Shown here: piece after piece, positions 35,121 through 49,800 of the stretch
Position numbering within the stretch: the first letter of the stretch is position 1
Layout: the number at the start of each line of letters is the position of its first letter
DNA from: Hemiscyllium ocellatum
Taxonomy: Eukaryota
Direction of reading: 5' to 3'
NCBI RefSeq assembly: GCF_020745735.1
Contig: NW_026867501.1
Coordinates: 310,001-374,000 of the forward strand
DNA length: 64,000 bases
Position numbers and translations under genes: made by a program
The notes under the pieces: generated by a model
The model's input: the letters and a program-made list of their open reading frames with translations, nothing else
Database searches by the model: none
What the model was told of the DNA's origin: nothing

Positions 35121-36509
35121 AGGAAGATGATTTGAAGGAAAACGTAGCTGTTCTAATAAATAATTCAGAGGAGCTTACAAAGATTGATAGAGTTGCGAAT
35201 TGTAAAGAGGGCAGTGCGAGAATATATCAGAATATAGGTCAGTTGGAGGCATGGGCAGGAAAAAGGCAGATGGAATTTCATCTAGACAGATGTGAGGCGA
35301 TGCATTTTGGTAAGTCAAATACTGCTGAAAATTATGAAGTGAATGCCAGAACATGTTGAAATTTTGATATGCAGAGCGATCTGGGTGTGCACATCCACAG
35401 ATCCCTGAAGGTGGCAGTGCAGATAAATAAGGTAGCAAAGTAAAGGCCTATGACATGCTTGCCTTCATTTGAATGGACAAGAATATAAGGTCTGAAAGTT
35501 GTGCTGCAGCATTATGAACTTCAATTAGGCCACACTTGAAATATTGATACGGTTCTGTTCATCATACTACCAGAAGGAAGTCGGCGAAGTGGGGAAATGT
35601 TTTACAATAGTGTTGCCTGGTTAGGAACCAGTTCAACTGTCAGGAAAGGGTGGATGTACTAGGATCATTTTCAATGGAACGCAGGAGGTTGAGGGGCGAC
35701 CTGGTAGACTTTTTAATGTTGCAAATGGCATGATAGAGTGGAAAGTATGAGGACTTCTCCCAGGATGGAGGGGTTAATTAGTAGGGGACAAAGGTTCAAC
35801 GTGCGAGGGGGAGGGTTTAAGAGAGCTGTGCGAGGCAAGTGTTTCGCACAAAGGGTGATGAGTGCCTGGAATATGCTGCTGCCCGAGCAGACGGTGGAAG
35901 CAGACAGTAGCAGAATTCAAGAAACACCTGAATGAATACATGAATAAGAAGGCAATAAAGGAACACATTCCTTTCCTTCACTCTTAATTTTTTCCATCAT
36001 TCTGAATCGTCTTTTTTTTTGCAATTATCCAGCTCCTATCTGCATACTGCGAATCAAATCAATGATACCGATTCTCGGTTTTTGGCTTCCAGTGGATCTG
36101 ACCATTATCAAAACAATGACAATTTCCTCCCCTGAAGTATGTTAGTGACTCAGATGTTGTTTTTTCTGGCAAGTGGCAATGGGTTCATAGACATCATTAG
36201 AGTATTAATTCCAGATTTAATTATTCTTTTTCCCTCAAACGAATTGAACATAGCACGAAACAAGGCTCTGGCCATTTGTATTTGCTACAATGAATTTTGA
36301 TCACAGTCTTTCTGGCCAGTGCCAGTAGTACTACACTTGAAGTACGAAAACGCAAAAAAAATTTTGAAAATGTTCTAATTAAAAATAGCTACCTCGGGCA
36401 GAGACAGGTTGCACTCATTGGCAAAGTGTGGCCATAATTCCATGCTCAATTTGACTATATTCCCAATATTCAGATATTTGTGCAAACTACAAATAGCCCA
36501 AACATCAGC

Positions 36510-36840
36510 TTAGAACATAGAACGTAGAACATACAACAGTACAGCAGAGTATAGGCCATTCGGCCCACCATTTTGTACTGACCTTTCATCCTTCTCTAAG
36601 ATTTAACTGAGCTACACACACGCAATTTTACCATCAGTTATGTTCTGATTCATGAGTAGCTTGAATGCCCCTAACGTATATGACTCGACAACCACTGCTT
36701 GCAATGCATTCGACGCACCCACCACTCTCTGTGCAAAGAACCTACCTCTGACATGTCCCCTAAGCGTTCCTCCAATTATCTTAAAATTTGCACCATCGTA
36801 ATAGCCATTTCCTCTCTGGAAAATATATTTGGCTATCCAC
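36510..36840 (-). mobile_element. CR1 3' end fragment
   Basis: tagaacatagaacgtagaac tail plus antisense ORF2 end (WNAL..). Confidence 0.8.
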
Positions 36841-37104
36841 TCGACCTATGCCTTACGTCATAACTTGTTTTAAAGTGGGAAGGCATTTCAAAGCAATGAC
36901 GCAATGTCCGGACAAAGGTGCAAAATGACCATCCACGATCATTGACTATCACCAGCAAGCAGAGAGTCGGCAATGAGCAACATTCCGTACTGAAAAGTAG
37001 AGACACGCAGTTTGTCAATGGTCACTGGCAGTGCTCATTGGGTGTTAAACACATTGTAGACATTTTTAAACAACTGAGAGTTCTTGTTGCGAACGTTTTG
37101 TACT

Positions 37105-38400
37105 CTTTCTAGGTGGCATCCTCAGTGCTTGGGAGCCTCCTGTGAAGCGCTTCTGTGATGTTTCGTCTGGCACTTATCGTGGTTTGTCTCTGGCACTTCC
37201 GGTTGTCAGTTGCTGTCCGCTGCAGTGGCCGGCATATTGGGTCAGTGCCATGCCTCTAGGAATTCCCTGGCTGTTCTCTGTTTGGCTTGCCCTATAATAG
37301 TAGTGTTGTCCCAGTCGAATTCATGTTGTTTGTCATCTGAGTGTGCAGCTACTAAGGATAGTTGGTCGTGTCGTTTCGTGCCTATTTGGTGCTCATGGAT
37401 GCGGTCTGTTAGCTGTCTTCGTTTTTGTCCTATGAAGTGTTTGTACAGTCCTTGCATGGGATTTTTTACACTACGTTTGTTTGCTCATGCTGGGTATCGG
37501 TCCTTTGTCCTGGTGAGTTGTTGTCTGAGCGTGGCTGTTGGTTTGTGTGCTGTTATGAGTCCTAATGCTCGCAGCAGACTGGCTATCAGTTCGGAAATGC
37601 TCTTGATGTATGGTAGTGTGGCTAGTCCTTTGGGTTACGGCATGTCCTCGTTCCATTGTCTTACCCTTAGGCATCTGTTGATGAAATTGCGCGGGAATCT
37701 GTTTTTGGTGAATACCTTGTATAGGTGTTCTTCTTCCTCTTTTTGCAGTTCTGGTGTGCTGCAGTGTGTTGTGGCCCTTTTGAATAGTGTCCTGATGCAA
37801 CTTCTTTTGTGTGTGTTGGGGTGGTTGCTTTCATAGTTCAGGACTTGGTCTGTGTGTGTGGCTTTCCTGTATACGCCACTGAATTCTCCACTCGGTGTTC
37901 GCTGTACCATCATATCTAGGAATGGGAGCTGGTTGCCATTTTTTTCCTCTCTCGTGAATCGGATTCCTGTGAGTGTGGCGTTGATGATCCGGTGTGTGTT
38001 CTCTATTTCTGTGTGTTTTAATGATTACAAAGGTTTGGGTTGCATTTGCGCTAAGACTGTTTGTTCTAACCTTTGCATTACTGCTTCTGCTACCAGTCCA
38101 GAAATCGGTGAGCCCATGGGTGTTCCGTTGATTTGTTCGTCTATCTGGTTTTTGAATGTGAAGTGTGTTGTGAGGTACAGGTCCAGTAATTTAAGTATGC
38201 CGTCTTTGTTAATAGGTTCAACGTCCTGTTGTCTGTTCTGTATGTTCAGCAGGTTGGATATTGTTTCTCTGGCTAGGGTTTTGTCGATCGAGGTGAACAG
38301 TGCCGTTACATCGAATGAGACCATGGTTTCTTCCTTGTCTATGTGTATATTTCTGATGATGTCCAAGAATTCTTGGGTTGACTGTATAGAGTGTCTGGAT
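37105..38400 (-). mobile_element. Penelope-like element fragment (RT plus GIY-YIG endonuclease)
   Basis: MVSFDVTALFT, GTPMGSP, YRKATHTDQVLNY, FIGQKRRQLTDRIHEH, AREFLEAWH. Confidence 0.9.
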
Positions 38401-38789
38401 CCGCAGATCAGGTGCTACAGCAGAAACTGGAAAAGGATGGGAAAGGATCTTAAGACCTAGATTTGAGATCTAGCTGTCTCTGCGGCTTGTTCTGATGACG
38501 TCTCGAAAATCTGTGGACAAAAATGTTGACACAAATAATAAGAGCACTCTTACAAATAAATTAAATACGTGAACTAATCTGAAATTTCAAAACAAACACT
38601 TAATTGAAGAGATAAAGTTGACGATCTTAGAAATGGAAATATGAATCATCAGCGGTTCAGTTGATGGAGAGAGAAAACTAGGTTTGTGGAAAGGTTGGAA
38701 GCACAGAATCCACGATCTTCCACAGATATAGAGCAAACATTTATTTTACCAATGATGCAGACTGAAGGCGTGAAACAGCACATTGAACT

Positions 38790-39775
38790 CGATGTTCACT
38801 AACCTGTAAAACGTGTGCTTGAATGCGGAAGTGGAAAGCTGGATGAGTAAATTTGCCGATGATAAGAAGGGATGTGGAATGGTAGAGAGTTTGGAGGAAT
38901 GTTGCAAGTTGCAAGGGGACATTGAAAGCATGCAGAACTTGGCTGAGAAGTGGCAGATGGAGTTCAACCTTGGAAAATATCAAGAAATTCACTTTGCAAG
39001 TTTGAATTTGAATGCAGAATACAGGGTCAAGGCAGCATTCTTGGCAATATCGAGGAACAGAGAGATCTTGGAGTCCATGTCCACAGATCCTTCAAAGCTG
39101 CCACCCAAGTCAAAAGGGTCGTGAAACAGCTATATTGTGTTTTGGCTTTCATGAGTAAGGGGATTGAGTTGAAGGGCCGCGAGGTTATGCTGCAGCTCTA
39201 TAGAGCCATGGTCAGATCACACTTGGAATATTGCGCTCAGTGATGGTTCACTCATGATAGAAAGTATGGGGAAGCCTTAGAGGTAGTGCAGAAGAAGCTT
39301 ACAAGGATGCTTCCTGGTCTGGAGGACATTTCGTATGAAGCAAATTTGAGAGAGCGAGGGCTTTTCTCAATGGAGCAAAGAAGGATGAGAGATGACTTGA
39401 TAGACGTGAAGAAGAGGATGAGTATAATAGATACAATGAATAGTCAGAGACGTTTTCCCATGGTGGAAGTAGCTATCATGTGTGGGCATAATTTTATGTT
39501 GAATGGAGGAAAGTTTAGACAAGATTTCAGGGGGTAGATTCTTTACACAGAGAGTCGATGGTGCGTGGAATGCACTGCCAACAGTGGTAGTAGAATTAGA
39601 AACTTCACCGAAATTTTACCGACTCCTGGATAGGGACATCGAAGATAGTACAATGAGGGATATGTCGATTAGTCTGGTCAATGAGTAGAATAAACGTTCG
39701 GCACAATATCGAGGGCCCAATGGCCTGTATTGTGTTGCACTGTTCTGTTCTCGATGTTCGACGTTCAATGTTCTA
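38790..39775 (+). mobile_element. CR1 3' fragment
   Basis: SKFADDKK, RDLGVHVHRS, RSHLEYC and a ttctg/ttcga tail. Confidence 0.88.
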
Positions 39776-39964
39776 AATCGTACTTTATATCTTCCCAAAG
39801 TTGTCACTCACAATGTCCAGCTATTTATTTTACTAGACTAGATACTACATCACCTACGCCTATAGAGAGCTGTGCCATTAATTACAGTTAACTTCACTTT
39901 GTCATTTCTCTCAGATTTGCTGGAATTACGTTACACCCTGTCTCTGTTCAAAATAAGTTAGAGT

Positions 39965-42185
39965 TTGGACTGGATAACGAACCCGGCCAGGTGTTAGGTT
40001 TGGAGGTAAGTTAGCACTTTGGTGATAGTCACCATAATTCATTTATGTTGATTTTAGTGATGGAAAGGAATAGGTATGTAACGCAGGGCAAGAGTTATAG
40101 CTGGGGGAAAGATGCAATTAAGCAAGATTTATGATGCATAATGATGGGCACAATTAAAATGTGGAGCATATACAAGTTCCAGCTGCTGTGGGCCCTTCAT
40201 AAGCATGTACCGATCAGGCAGGAACAAAGTTTTTGAGCGCAGGACCGGGGTTGATTGAGGAAGTTGAATCTATTTTCAAGAGGAGGAAGAAGGCTTATGT
40301 TATAATAAGCTGTGATGGCTCAATTGGGGCGCTTGAGAGTTACACGTTAGCCAGGAAATACCTAAAGAGAGAGCTAAGAAGAGTCAGGAGTGGACATGAT
40401 AAGTCATTGGCGAACAGGATGAAGGAAAACCCTCAGGCTTTCTACAGATATATCAGAAATAAAAGAATGATTAGAGGAAGATTACGGCCAATCAAGCATA
40501 GTGGTGGGAAGTTGGAAGTGGTGCCAGAGGAAATAGGTGAATACTGTTCTTTGGTATTCACTTTAGAAAAAGATAACGTCCTCAGGGAGTACACTGAGAT
40601 AAAAGCTACTAGACCAGATAGGACTGAGGCGCACAAGGAGGAGGTGTTAGCATTTCTGGAAAGTGTAAAAATATATAAGTCCCCTGTGCTGGATGGAATT
40701 TATCCTAGAATTCTCTGCGAAGCCAGGGAGGAGATTGCTCAGCATTTGGCTTTGATCTTTATGTCACCATGATCTACAGGAACAGTGCCAGAAGATGGAA
40801 GGATAGCAAATGTTGTTCCCTTCCTAAAGAAGGCAAGTAGAGACAACCCTGGGTATTTTGCACCTGTCAGCCTTATTTCGGTTGTAGGTAAAGTGTTGGA
40901 AAGGGTTGTAAGAGGTAAGATTTATAATCATCTAGAGATGAATAAGTTATGGATAGTCCACGCGGTTTTGTGAAGGTTAGGTCGTGCCACACAAACTTTA
41001 TTGAGATTTTTGAGATGGTGACCAACAGGTGGGTGAGGGTCAAGCGGTTGATGTGCTGAATATAGATTTAAATAAGGCAATTAATAAGGTTCCCCACAGT
41101 AGACTAGTGCGCAATGTATAGATGCATGAGATTGAGGGTGATTTAGACGTTTGGATCAGATATTAGCTCACTGAAAGAAGACAGAGATGGTTGGTGGCAA
41201 ATGTTCATCCTTGAGTTCAGTTACAAGAGGGAGACTGCAAGGATCTGTTGAGCATCCGCTGTTGTTTGTCATTAATATAAATGACCTGGAACAAGGCATC
41301 GAAGTTTGGGTTAGTCAATTTGCGATTGACACTAATGTCTGTAGAGTTGTGGATCGTGATGAAGGATGTTGGAGAGACGTGGATAAGCTGCAAAACTGGG
41401 CTTACAGGCGGCAAATGGAGTTTAATGCGGAAAGGTGTGAGGTGATTCACTTTGAAAGGAGTAACAATAATGCAGAGGACTGTGCTCATGGTCAGTTTCT
41501 TGGATATTTCAGTGTCCAGGTACACAGATCCCTGAAAGTTGCCACCCAGCATGATAGGGCTGTTAAGAAGGCAAACGGTTGGTTAACTTTTATTGGTAGA
41601 GGGATTGAGTTTCCGAAGCATGAAGTCATGCTGTAGCTGGACAAAACACTGGTGCAACATTTTGAGTGTTGCGTACAGTTCTAGTCACCACACTATAGAG
41701 AGGATGTGAAAGCTTTGGAAATGGCTCAGAGGATATTTACTGGGATATTGCCTGTTATGGAGGGAAGGTCTTATGAGGAAACGCTGAGGTGCCTGTAGCT
41801 GTTTTCGTTGGAGAGAAGAAGGTTGAGACAACTTAATTGAGACATATAAAATAATCCGAGGGTTAGATAATTTGGACAGTGAGAGTCGTTTTATCTCGGA
41901 TGGCGATGGCTAGCACGATTCGATATAGCTTTAAATTGAAAGAAGATAGATACAGGACAGATGTCAGAGTTAGCTTCTTTACTCAGAGATTAGCAGGGGG
42001 CGTATAACGCATCCCATGCAACAGTTCTGGATTCGCAACCTTTCAGGGCATTTAAGTAGTCATTGGATAGGCATATGGAACCAAATTGGATCTGGAAGGT
42101 TAGATGAACATCAGATTGGTTCCACCGGTTGGCGCAACATTGAGTGCTGAAGGGCTGGTGCTTAACTGTCACGTTTTATGTTCTG
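39965..42185 (+). mobile_element. Degenerate ~2.2 kb CR1 ORF2 fragment
   Basis: ENPQAFYRYIRNKR, KSPVLDGIYPRIL, WRIANVV-like and later RT motifs, with many lesions. Confidence 0.88.
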
Positions 42186-43177
42186 TGTCACTAATGTATG
42201 AAATTATCCTCTATCTTAATTATTGTTTCTTGGAACAGTGTCAATGGCGTTATGCAATCACGTTATTTACTGGATTTGACCTTGTTTTAGTTCATACTGC
42301 AACTTTACGTGTCTTAATTGCTACTGCAAATTTATATATCTCTTTCAAAGTTACACTACGTCTGTCCCAGTGAACACTTCAATCAGGTTCATCCCAATTG
42401 TTCCTGCAGACACTGTGGAATTTCTGCATTACACTGACCGAGTCTGCTTTGTTGATGAACCTGGCAACATATTTTAAAACAGCTTCCAGTCACTCGTTTA
42501 TCTGATATTTCTGTCCTTATATTAAACATTGACATTGATCAACTGTTCCTGAACAAGCAACTGTGATCAGGAGCATCAGCACTTAAACGGCCTTTCGGCA
42601 TTCTGATTGTTCAGATTAAATTAAGGATTTTTCAGATTCAGTGGGTGGGAGAAGATTTGCATTTGATAACCACTACCACATTAACGTCCCATGCTTGCTA
42701 ACTTCCCATGCTTGTTTCCCAAAGGTTCAAACGCAAATTTATGAAAATGGTAAAATACCAGTCACTAAAAGATATATGAATGAACGCAAATGAAAATCTA
42801 GGACAACGCTTTAAATGATTAATCAACTGGGGAATAGCAGAAGTCAAAGTAGAAAGAAAGTTCAGATGCAGGAGCTCAGCTCAATGTCCACCATTGGCGG
42901 ATCTACCTGATGCAGACACAACATCATGATTTGTGGACCTGGACGAAACAAAGCAATTCCAACGACCCTGTCCCAACCTCAAATACAATTATTCACCTTG
43001 TTTAAAGACATGAAGCAGAGAGTTAATCTCTTTGTGTAGCGAACTGTAAGTAAGGTGCATGCTGTTATTTAATTGTCACTCTCGAGACAATCACTTAGAA
43101 TATATGAGAGCCCACTTGAATGTGTCACAGAACCAACATCCACAGCAACAGCCAACTGCTACCGTTTCTGAGCGAAG

Positions 43178-45564
43178 ATGCACGCGCCAGTCATTGCCCC
43201 CTTCTTTCTCATTTGCTATTCAATTCTTGCAGTTATTGGAGCCCCTGGTAAGACACTGACGCTCGAGAAAATCGTTCTCCCAATACTTTATCTGCAAAAA
43301 ATTATTTTTTTTCACTTTCAGGATCCTGCAGATCTTTTAAAATATTGAGCGTTTTGATTTTAAGTGACTTCAACCGGATTCCTGTGCATACATTGCATTT
43401 TGGATCCGATAGTCCCAAGGCAAATAATCGTGCACTACTTCCAATTTCATTTTAATACAAGGCAAGCTGTTCTTGTTTCTTGTATGTTGTGTATTTATTG
43501 GAAAATGGTCCAGTAGACGCTGAATTGTGAGAAACAACTATGCATGAATATTAAATTGTAATTATTGTTATATATACTATCCATTCCAATTCAGCAGAAT
43601 GCAATCGAGCCTTTCAGTTGATTGTGTGTTGAATACTTTGTCACAGTGTAGTGAAATGCTCTTCTGCATGGACCGCATTGCAGTATTTGAAGATGATTTA
43701 TTTTGTGGTAGTACTTTACGAGATGTTTATTATTTTAAATAAACGTTTAGTGATCATATTAATCTACAGTGTGCGCTGTGGAAGGATATGTTAAAATATA
43801 GAATTCCCAATGGATGGCACCAGTGGTTTCAGGAATACATTCAATTTAATCCAAAGACGTCAGTGGAGATGCAATTTTTCAGCCATTGGTATTTTGATTC
43901 TCTGCAGCAAAGTTTCGAGTATTTTGGATAATTGTATTTTTATATAATTACCCAGAAAAGCGTTGTTCACAACTACGAGAAAGTGTAGTGGCGTTTCGCC
44001 TCGAAATGCCTCACTGTATGTAGCATTCACCAGAACAACTTCAGCAAACCGATTTAGACTCGAGTAATGTGAGATATTGCCAAACGTTTTGATCAATGTA
44101 ACATCTGATAGAAGGGCGCAGAAGCAGAACAGCTGAGGTGACAATTCCAGATAGTGTTACGAGTGGCTTTATGAGTTAAATCTTTAAGTGACACAGTTCG
44201 TAGGATCAATTATAGGAGACACGGGAAACAGATTGAAGTTAGCTGAGATTTCAGATCATTTTGCATGATTTTCTGAAACCGATGTGGTGAGTCATCAGAA
44301 GTTCAGAAAAGTCGTAGGTTGATATTATAAAGAATGAGACATCACTCGTAAGGAGGTCCATCTTTATGAGTTGAAGGTTGACCGGGGTTTGGTATGAATA
44401 ATTCATGGCAATAACATTACTTCATTTGTTCCTGAATTGTACAAATCACAACTGGTATTTATTTATTGACCAGAGAGTGATGTTCATTCCCAGGACTGAT
44501 TATATTGATTGGTGTTTGATGCTGACAATGGATGTCCAATATTTGTCAACAGTTTCAGAAAATGCAGAGACTCGAAGTGGCAGGTTGATGATTGAAGAAT
44601 GCACAAAGCAGCAATTAGTGTTTGGAATGCGTTCAGTTATAGCTTTCTCTTTTAATCTCTCACAGCCAACTTGCTGGGAATCATAGTCCTATGTCGAGGA
44701 AGGTGCGGTCTCTCCCGGTGCATCACCTACTACCTGGTGGCGATCGCAGTGACTGATTTCCTTGTCATCATCTTTGCAGTCATCCTCAACCGAATCAGCC
44801 GCTTCTACTTCCGGGAAAGTGCCTTGTCTACCACTCCTGCATGCACTCTCAGCATCGTGGTAGTCTTTGCCATCTGGGATTGTTCGGTCTGGCTGACAGT
44901 TGCCTTTACCTTCGACCGTTTTGTGGCCATCTGTTGTCAGAAATTGAAGACCAGGTACTGCACAGAGAAGATGGCGTCATTGGTCATCGGGATAGTTTGT
45001 GCATTGTGCTGCGTCAAGAACATCCCATTCTACTTTATCTATGAGCCCATATACATCTTAGATGGGATATCCTGGTTTTGCAACATCAAAGCCACTTACT
45101 ACATCTAGCCAGCTTGGCAGGTTTATAGTTGGTTCTTCCAGATGTATACTCCCTTTCTCCCGTTCTTTGCCATTCTGCTGCTCAATGTCCTGACCATAAG
45201 ACAGATCGTAGTGGCCAACAGAGCCCGCAGAAGGATCCGGAGCACAGAGAAGAAGCATGACTCAGAGATGGATAACCGCAAGAGGTCAATTATTCTGCTG
45301 TTCGCTATCTCTTTCAGTTTTCTCCTCCTGTGGGCCCCTCTTGTTGGACATTTCATCTTCACGAAGCTTACAGCTGAGGGTTACTATGGTGGGCTTGATT
45401 TCAATGACCCTCGGTATATCTTCCAAGAGGCAACCAATACACTTCAGTTACTAAGTTCCTGCAACAACGTCTTCATTTACACAATATCTCAGAATATGTT
45501 TCGAGAGGATTTGAAGAATGTTCTGATCTACCGCTTTGCCACTCTCATTAATTGCTTTAGATAG
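43178..45564 (+). pseudogene. GPR139-like GPCR (G5) with one in-frame nonsense codon: exon 1 43178-43247, exon 2 44666-45564
   Basis: Exon 1 MHAPVIAPFFLICYSILAVIGAP ends at GTAAGA; acceptor cacag. ORFs 44671-45108 and 45142-45564 share a frame and are separated only by TAG at 45106-45108, where G4 has Ser (YYNSPAW vs YYI*PAW). Confidence 0.92.
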
Positions 45565-46822
45565 TGTGGGGAAAGAAACATCTCTTCATGTTGTTTCTTT
45601 TCCATCAGAGTAGCGCAGAGTACAATGCTTAATCTGCATTTGATTCAGAAAATTATGGAAAACCAAGACAAATAACAAAATGGCAGAACGTCCATTCTCC
45701 ACCTCTGACAATTATTTGCAATCGACCCTGAGCAAATGTAGAACAATTGAAAATTCGTCCTTTCTTGAGGAGAGGCGAACTCACGATTTATGTCCCATTC
45801 CCAGCCCCAATCTAAATGCTTGCAGTCTGCAATGTTCTTGTCCAAGTGGCATTTGTTAAGTTATTTATGACTCTCCCCATTTCAGTTCTTCCTACCTATT
45901 CCCATTCACTCATTCTTTACTCACTCCTTTCCTTCCAACCTTGCTGCATCACTCCGTGCTCCACTGCCATTTTTTTCAGACCAATCGTTTCTATTCATCC
46001 CAGTTTCTTCTTCATGATAGCCTGAAATGTATTATTATCCAGAAGAAAACCCAGTCCAAATGTTTGAACCGCATCGCCAAGAATAATGTTTTCAATTGAT
46101 CGTTGACGCTATCTGTTTTACACTCCATGCCCCTACTGCTACACCAAGGATTCTTTAACTGCGTATCATCATTACCAAGTTCTTACCCAGTTCCTGCATC
46201 AGATGTCTGTTTTATTTCTCTGGCTTTCTGTCTCTCTCTGTTTTTTTTTATTCAGTTACAAAGTGGGAAATTCATGGTAATAATTGCTGGAGAAAGTCCA
46301 CAGTTCTGGAGGCATCTGTGAAGAGAAAGCTGAGTTAACATTTCGAATGCAATGACAATTATCCTGATTTTGTTTTGCTTGCACTCTTTGATATTTCTTC
46401 ACATACGTTTTGATTTATTTTTCAGGAAGACAGAAAGCATGTTTTCAGATCGAATTTAGCTCTTCAATTCTCTTTATGCATTTGACCGTTACTCATTGCC
46501 ATTCCACTCTTGCACAAGAGTGAATTTTCCTAATGGTGCTGATGTGCAGCTGCAGGTCGTCCATTCAGTTATGATTTTTCTTTTATTGATACTGTCAAAT
46601 TCGTTTCTTAGTCACTAGGAAATTTGATTTCCTTATATTTAACCTTTTAATGAAATAATTCAAGGGAAGAATTTATGTTTTTAGACTGGAACCTAATTAA
46701 AATACAAATTCAAAAGCAATGTGGAATGTAAACCTCCACAGTTACCTGTCAGAAGTGCCCCTCAGACAAACCAGACACTGAGTAGCCGCAAATTTCGCGA
46801 AAGGAGAGTCAGGAATGGGAAG

Positions 46823-49800
46823 TGTTATGGACCAGGCTGGACAGCTCAAAACTATTCAAGAAGGTAGCCCTGACCCTAACTTTGCTCGTGTTTTAAGGAG
46901 GGATAAAGAGAATATTCCTGGGCGGGGGGTCTGGTGGAGAGAGTGGATTTCAGGTAGTCGAACCACATAGTTTCAAACAAAACAGAATGAAGCACAAACA
47001 ACATAAAACAGAATACTGAATAACTTGACCTCTCACGAAAATCGAAGAGATCATTGCAAATAAATGATGCTGTTCCAAATATTTGCAGCAATCCCCATAA
47101 ACAGCCCTTCCCTCAAAAGTTAAAATCAAACTCAAATTCTTTCAGGTGGAAGTCAGAGCGAGAGAGAAAAAGAGAGTCAGTAAGCTGGAAAGCCTCGGCC
47201 TGAGGCAGGATCTTTTAACAGACTGGCCCTAAAATCCGACGTCCCAGATTGTTCAGTGTCTGTGATTTACGATCTCTGAAAATAAAACAACTGACTGAAT
47301 AACTGTGTTAAAGTAGCAGCTTCGTCACACCTACCCCTTTAAAAATAATGAACCAACAATATCCAAAGATGGCTTAATTTTTCAAACACTTCAATATTCA
47401 TTAGTATTCTAAGACACACATATACCACTACATTTACTATAAACGTGCACTTTTTAGTCTGTTTTACACCTGCCACCGAATGCCTGCGCTTCTCATTCGA
47501 GTCTTGACAATATGTCGGCAATCACACTTTCTTGTTCTATCACATGCACAATTTTCAGATCGAATGGTTGTAACAACAAGTTCGATCTGAAAGGTCTGTT
47601 TGTGTTGTCCCTAAGCGTCTCCACATTAACCAATAGGTTACGATCAGTGTATATGATTGTCTTAGATACATTACTGATAACATAAACACTGAAATGTCGT
47701 AATGTCAACACCAAACGCACATATTTTTCAACCGTCGAATATTTCTGCTGATGAATGTTCAACTGCCTGGAGAAGTACTAGATATGTACTTTTGTCTTCT
47801 CGTTAACTTTTTTTTAAGAGCGTGGCACCAACACCCACATCACTTGCTTTGATGATCACCTTGAATGGTTTTACAAAATTAGGTGTGGCTAATACAGGGG
47901 CAGTGGTTTACACAGGTTTCAGGCTGTGAAATGCCTTCTGACACTTTGTTCTCCACTGAAACGTCATGCTTTTGTTGAGCAATTCAGTGAGTGGAACAGT
48001 CACACTGCCAAAATTTGGTACACATTTTTGAAGCATTCACACAATCCCAGAAACGGCAGTATTGCTCTTTTAGGCAATCGTATGGGCAATTCCCGAATTA
48101 CCTTTCTTTTGCATCGTGTTGAGCCATTTGCCCTGTTCAATAACGTAGGCCAGGAAGGTCACTTGGGCTTCAACAAATTCACTTTTATGCCTTCCAAAGC
48201 CGATTGAATAAGTCTGATAAAGGTTGTAAATGTCACTTCTGTGTCGTGTATAATGATGACGAAAAGTCACCAGGACAACGATATATGCGACGCAGTTGGG
48301 CAACCCAGCAATTGGTTACTCTCTGAAATGTGGCTGGCGCATCTTTCATTCAAAGTGGCCTGACTTTAAACTCAATTTGGTGTAATGAAAGCCGAAAATG
48401 TGTCTGTTCTTTCTGAGAAAAGAACCTGTCAGTATCTCCGAGCAAGGCCAACTGAGAATAATAAGTTACTTCTTCCACCTTCATAACATAATCTTCCAAT
48501 CACGGAATCGGGTATGCATCAGTCTTTATAACTGCATTGACTTTGTGATCGTCCACACATAACCGTTGAGTGCTATTTGGTTTTGGCACTATTACTATGT
48601 GTAAGTTCCAATCACTGTAACTCACTTCAAATATGTCTTGGAGTATATATTCAATCTCCTTGTCAAGCTGTGCCAACTTTGAGGGTTATGCCTGTGAGGA
48701 TGTTTCGTCATCAGAACAGCACCTTCTATGTCTAGATCATGCACAATTAAGTGAGTACTTTCAAGCTTAATTCCACTTACTCGTCCGAACCCCACCCCCA
48801 CAACACCCAAACCCCCCCACCCCGCCTCCAGCCCATGTGATAGCAGCAATTCTTTCAGGAAAAGTCGATTTTCCTCTGGCAAGTTAAGTCAATAATTTTT
48901 CCCAATTTTTGACAGTTTCCTCATTGTCGAATTTAATTTGAGGAATGTCCAATTAAGAATCCTCTGAACTTGGCTCTTCCCTCTGTGTTGTAATCGGAAA
49001 CATATTCTCCTGCTGCTTACCTTCCTTGTCAAGATACCTTTTGAGTATGGTCGCATGACACACTCTGTGAGATTTCTTTCTGTCGGGAGCCCTTATCAAG
49101 CAGTTCACCTCACTAAATTTCCTTTCGAGTTGAAGTTGGTAAGGTCCAAAAACCCTTGCCATTAAAGGTTTACCTCCCACTGGAAGTCACACTAATACTT
49201 TAGATCCCACAGAAAAATTGCGAAGTGCTGATTTCTTTTCTTCTTCTTGTTTCGTTATATACTGTTATGCTATTAAAACCCGTCTCGTCAACTCCTTGGC
49301 TCTATTTAATCGTTCCCTAAAATTTGACACATAATCCAAATAAGTCGCCTTTTACTTCTGACTATCAATTTCTATTTTCATCGATTTTAACGGTCCTCTC
49401 ACTTCGTTGCCAAAATCTAATTAAAATGGATTGAACTTGATCAATACATTTGTTGTTTCTCTGATCACAAAAACGCAAATGGAATTATCTTATCCCAATC
49501 GGCTGGACAGTCTTGACTATAAACCCTAAACATGGCCTTTAATATTTGAGGCCCCCTTTCTAGCACTCCCTGCAATGCTGAATGTTACAGAGTAGATCTA
49601 AATTGTTTTCATCCTAAGATGTCCATAACTTCCTTGAATAATTTTGATGTGAAGTCTGACCCTTGATCTGATTGTATTTCTGTGAGTAGTACTTACCTCA
49701 TGGAAAATTTGAGTAATATCACGACAAACCTTTTACCTGCAATCTTGTGAAATGCAACAGCCTCTGGAAATCTAGCCTTTTCGTAACACTCCTCTGTTTC

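Larger units (their letters stand above)
32480..35960 (+). mobile_element. Old CR1 RT remnant split by a younger CR1 insertion (pieces 32480-33120 and ~35125-35960)
   Basis: The RT frame ..GPLLIVVYI (ending 33120) resumes as (N/D)DLKENVAVLI.. near 35125. Confidence 0.75.

Noticed and set aside
42390-42470. Minus-strand ADS..C-like text followed by CACAGTG (42417-42411)
   Set aside because: No nonamer, and the upstream frame lacks V framework residues.
43860-44144. 94-aa antisense ORF with a hydrophobic start inside the G5 intron
   Set aside because: No homology or motif; length compatible with chance.
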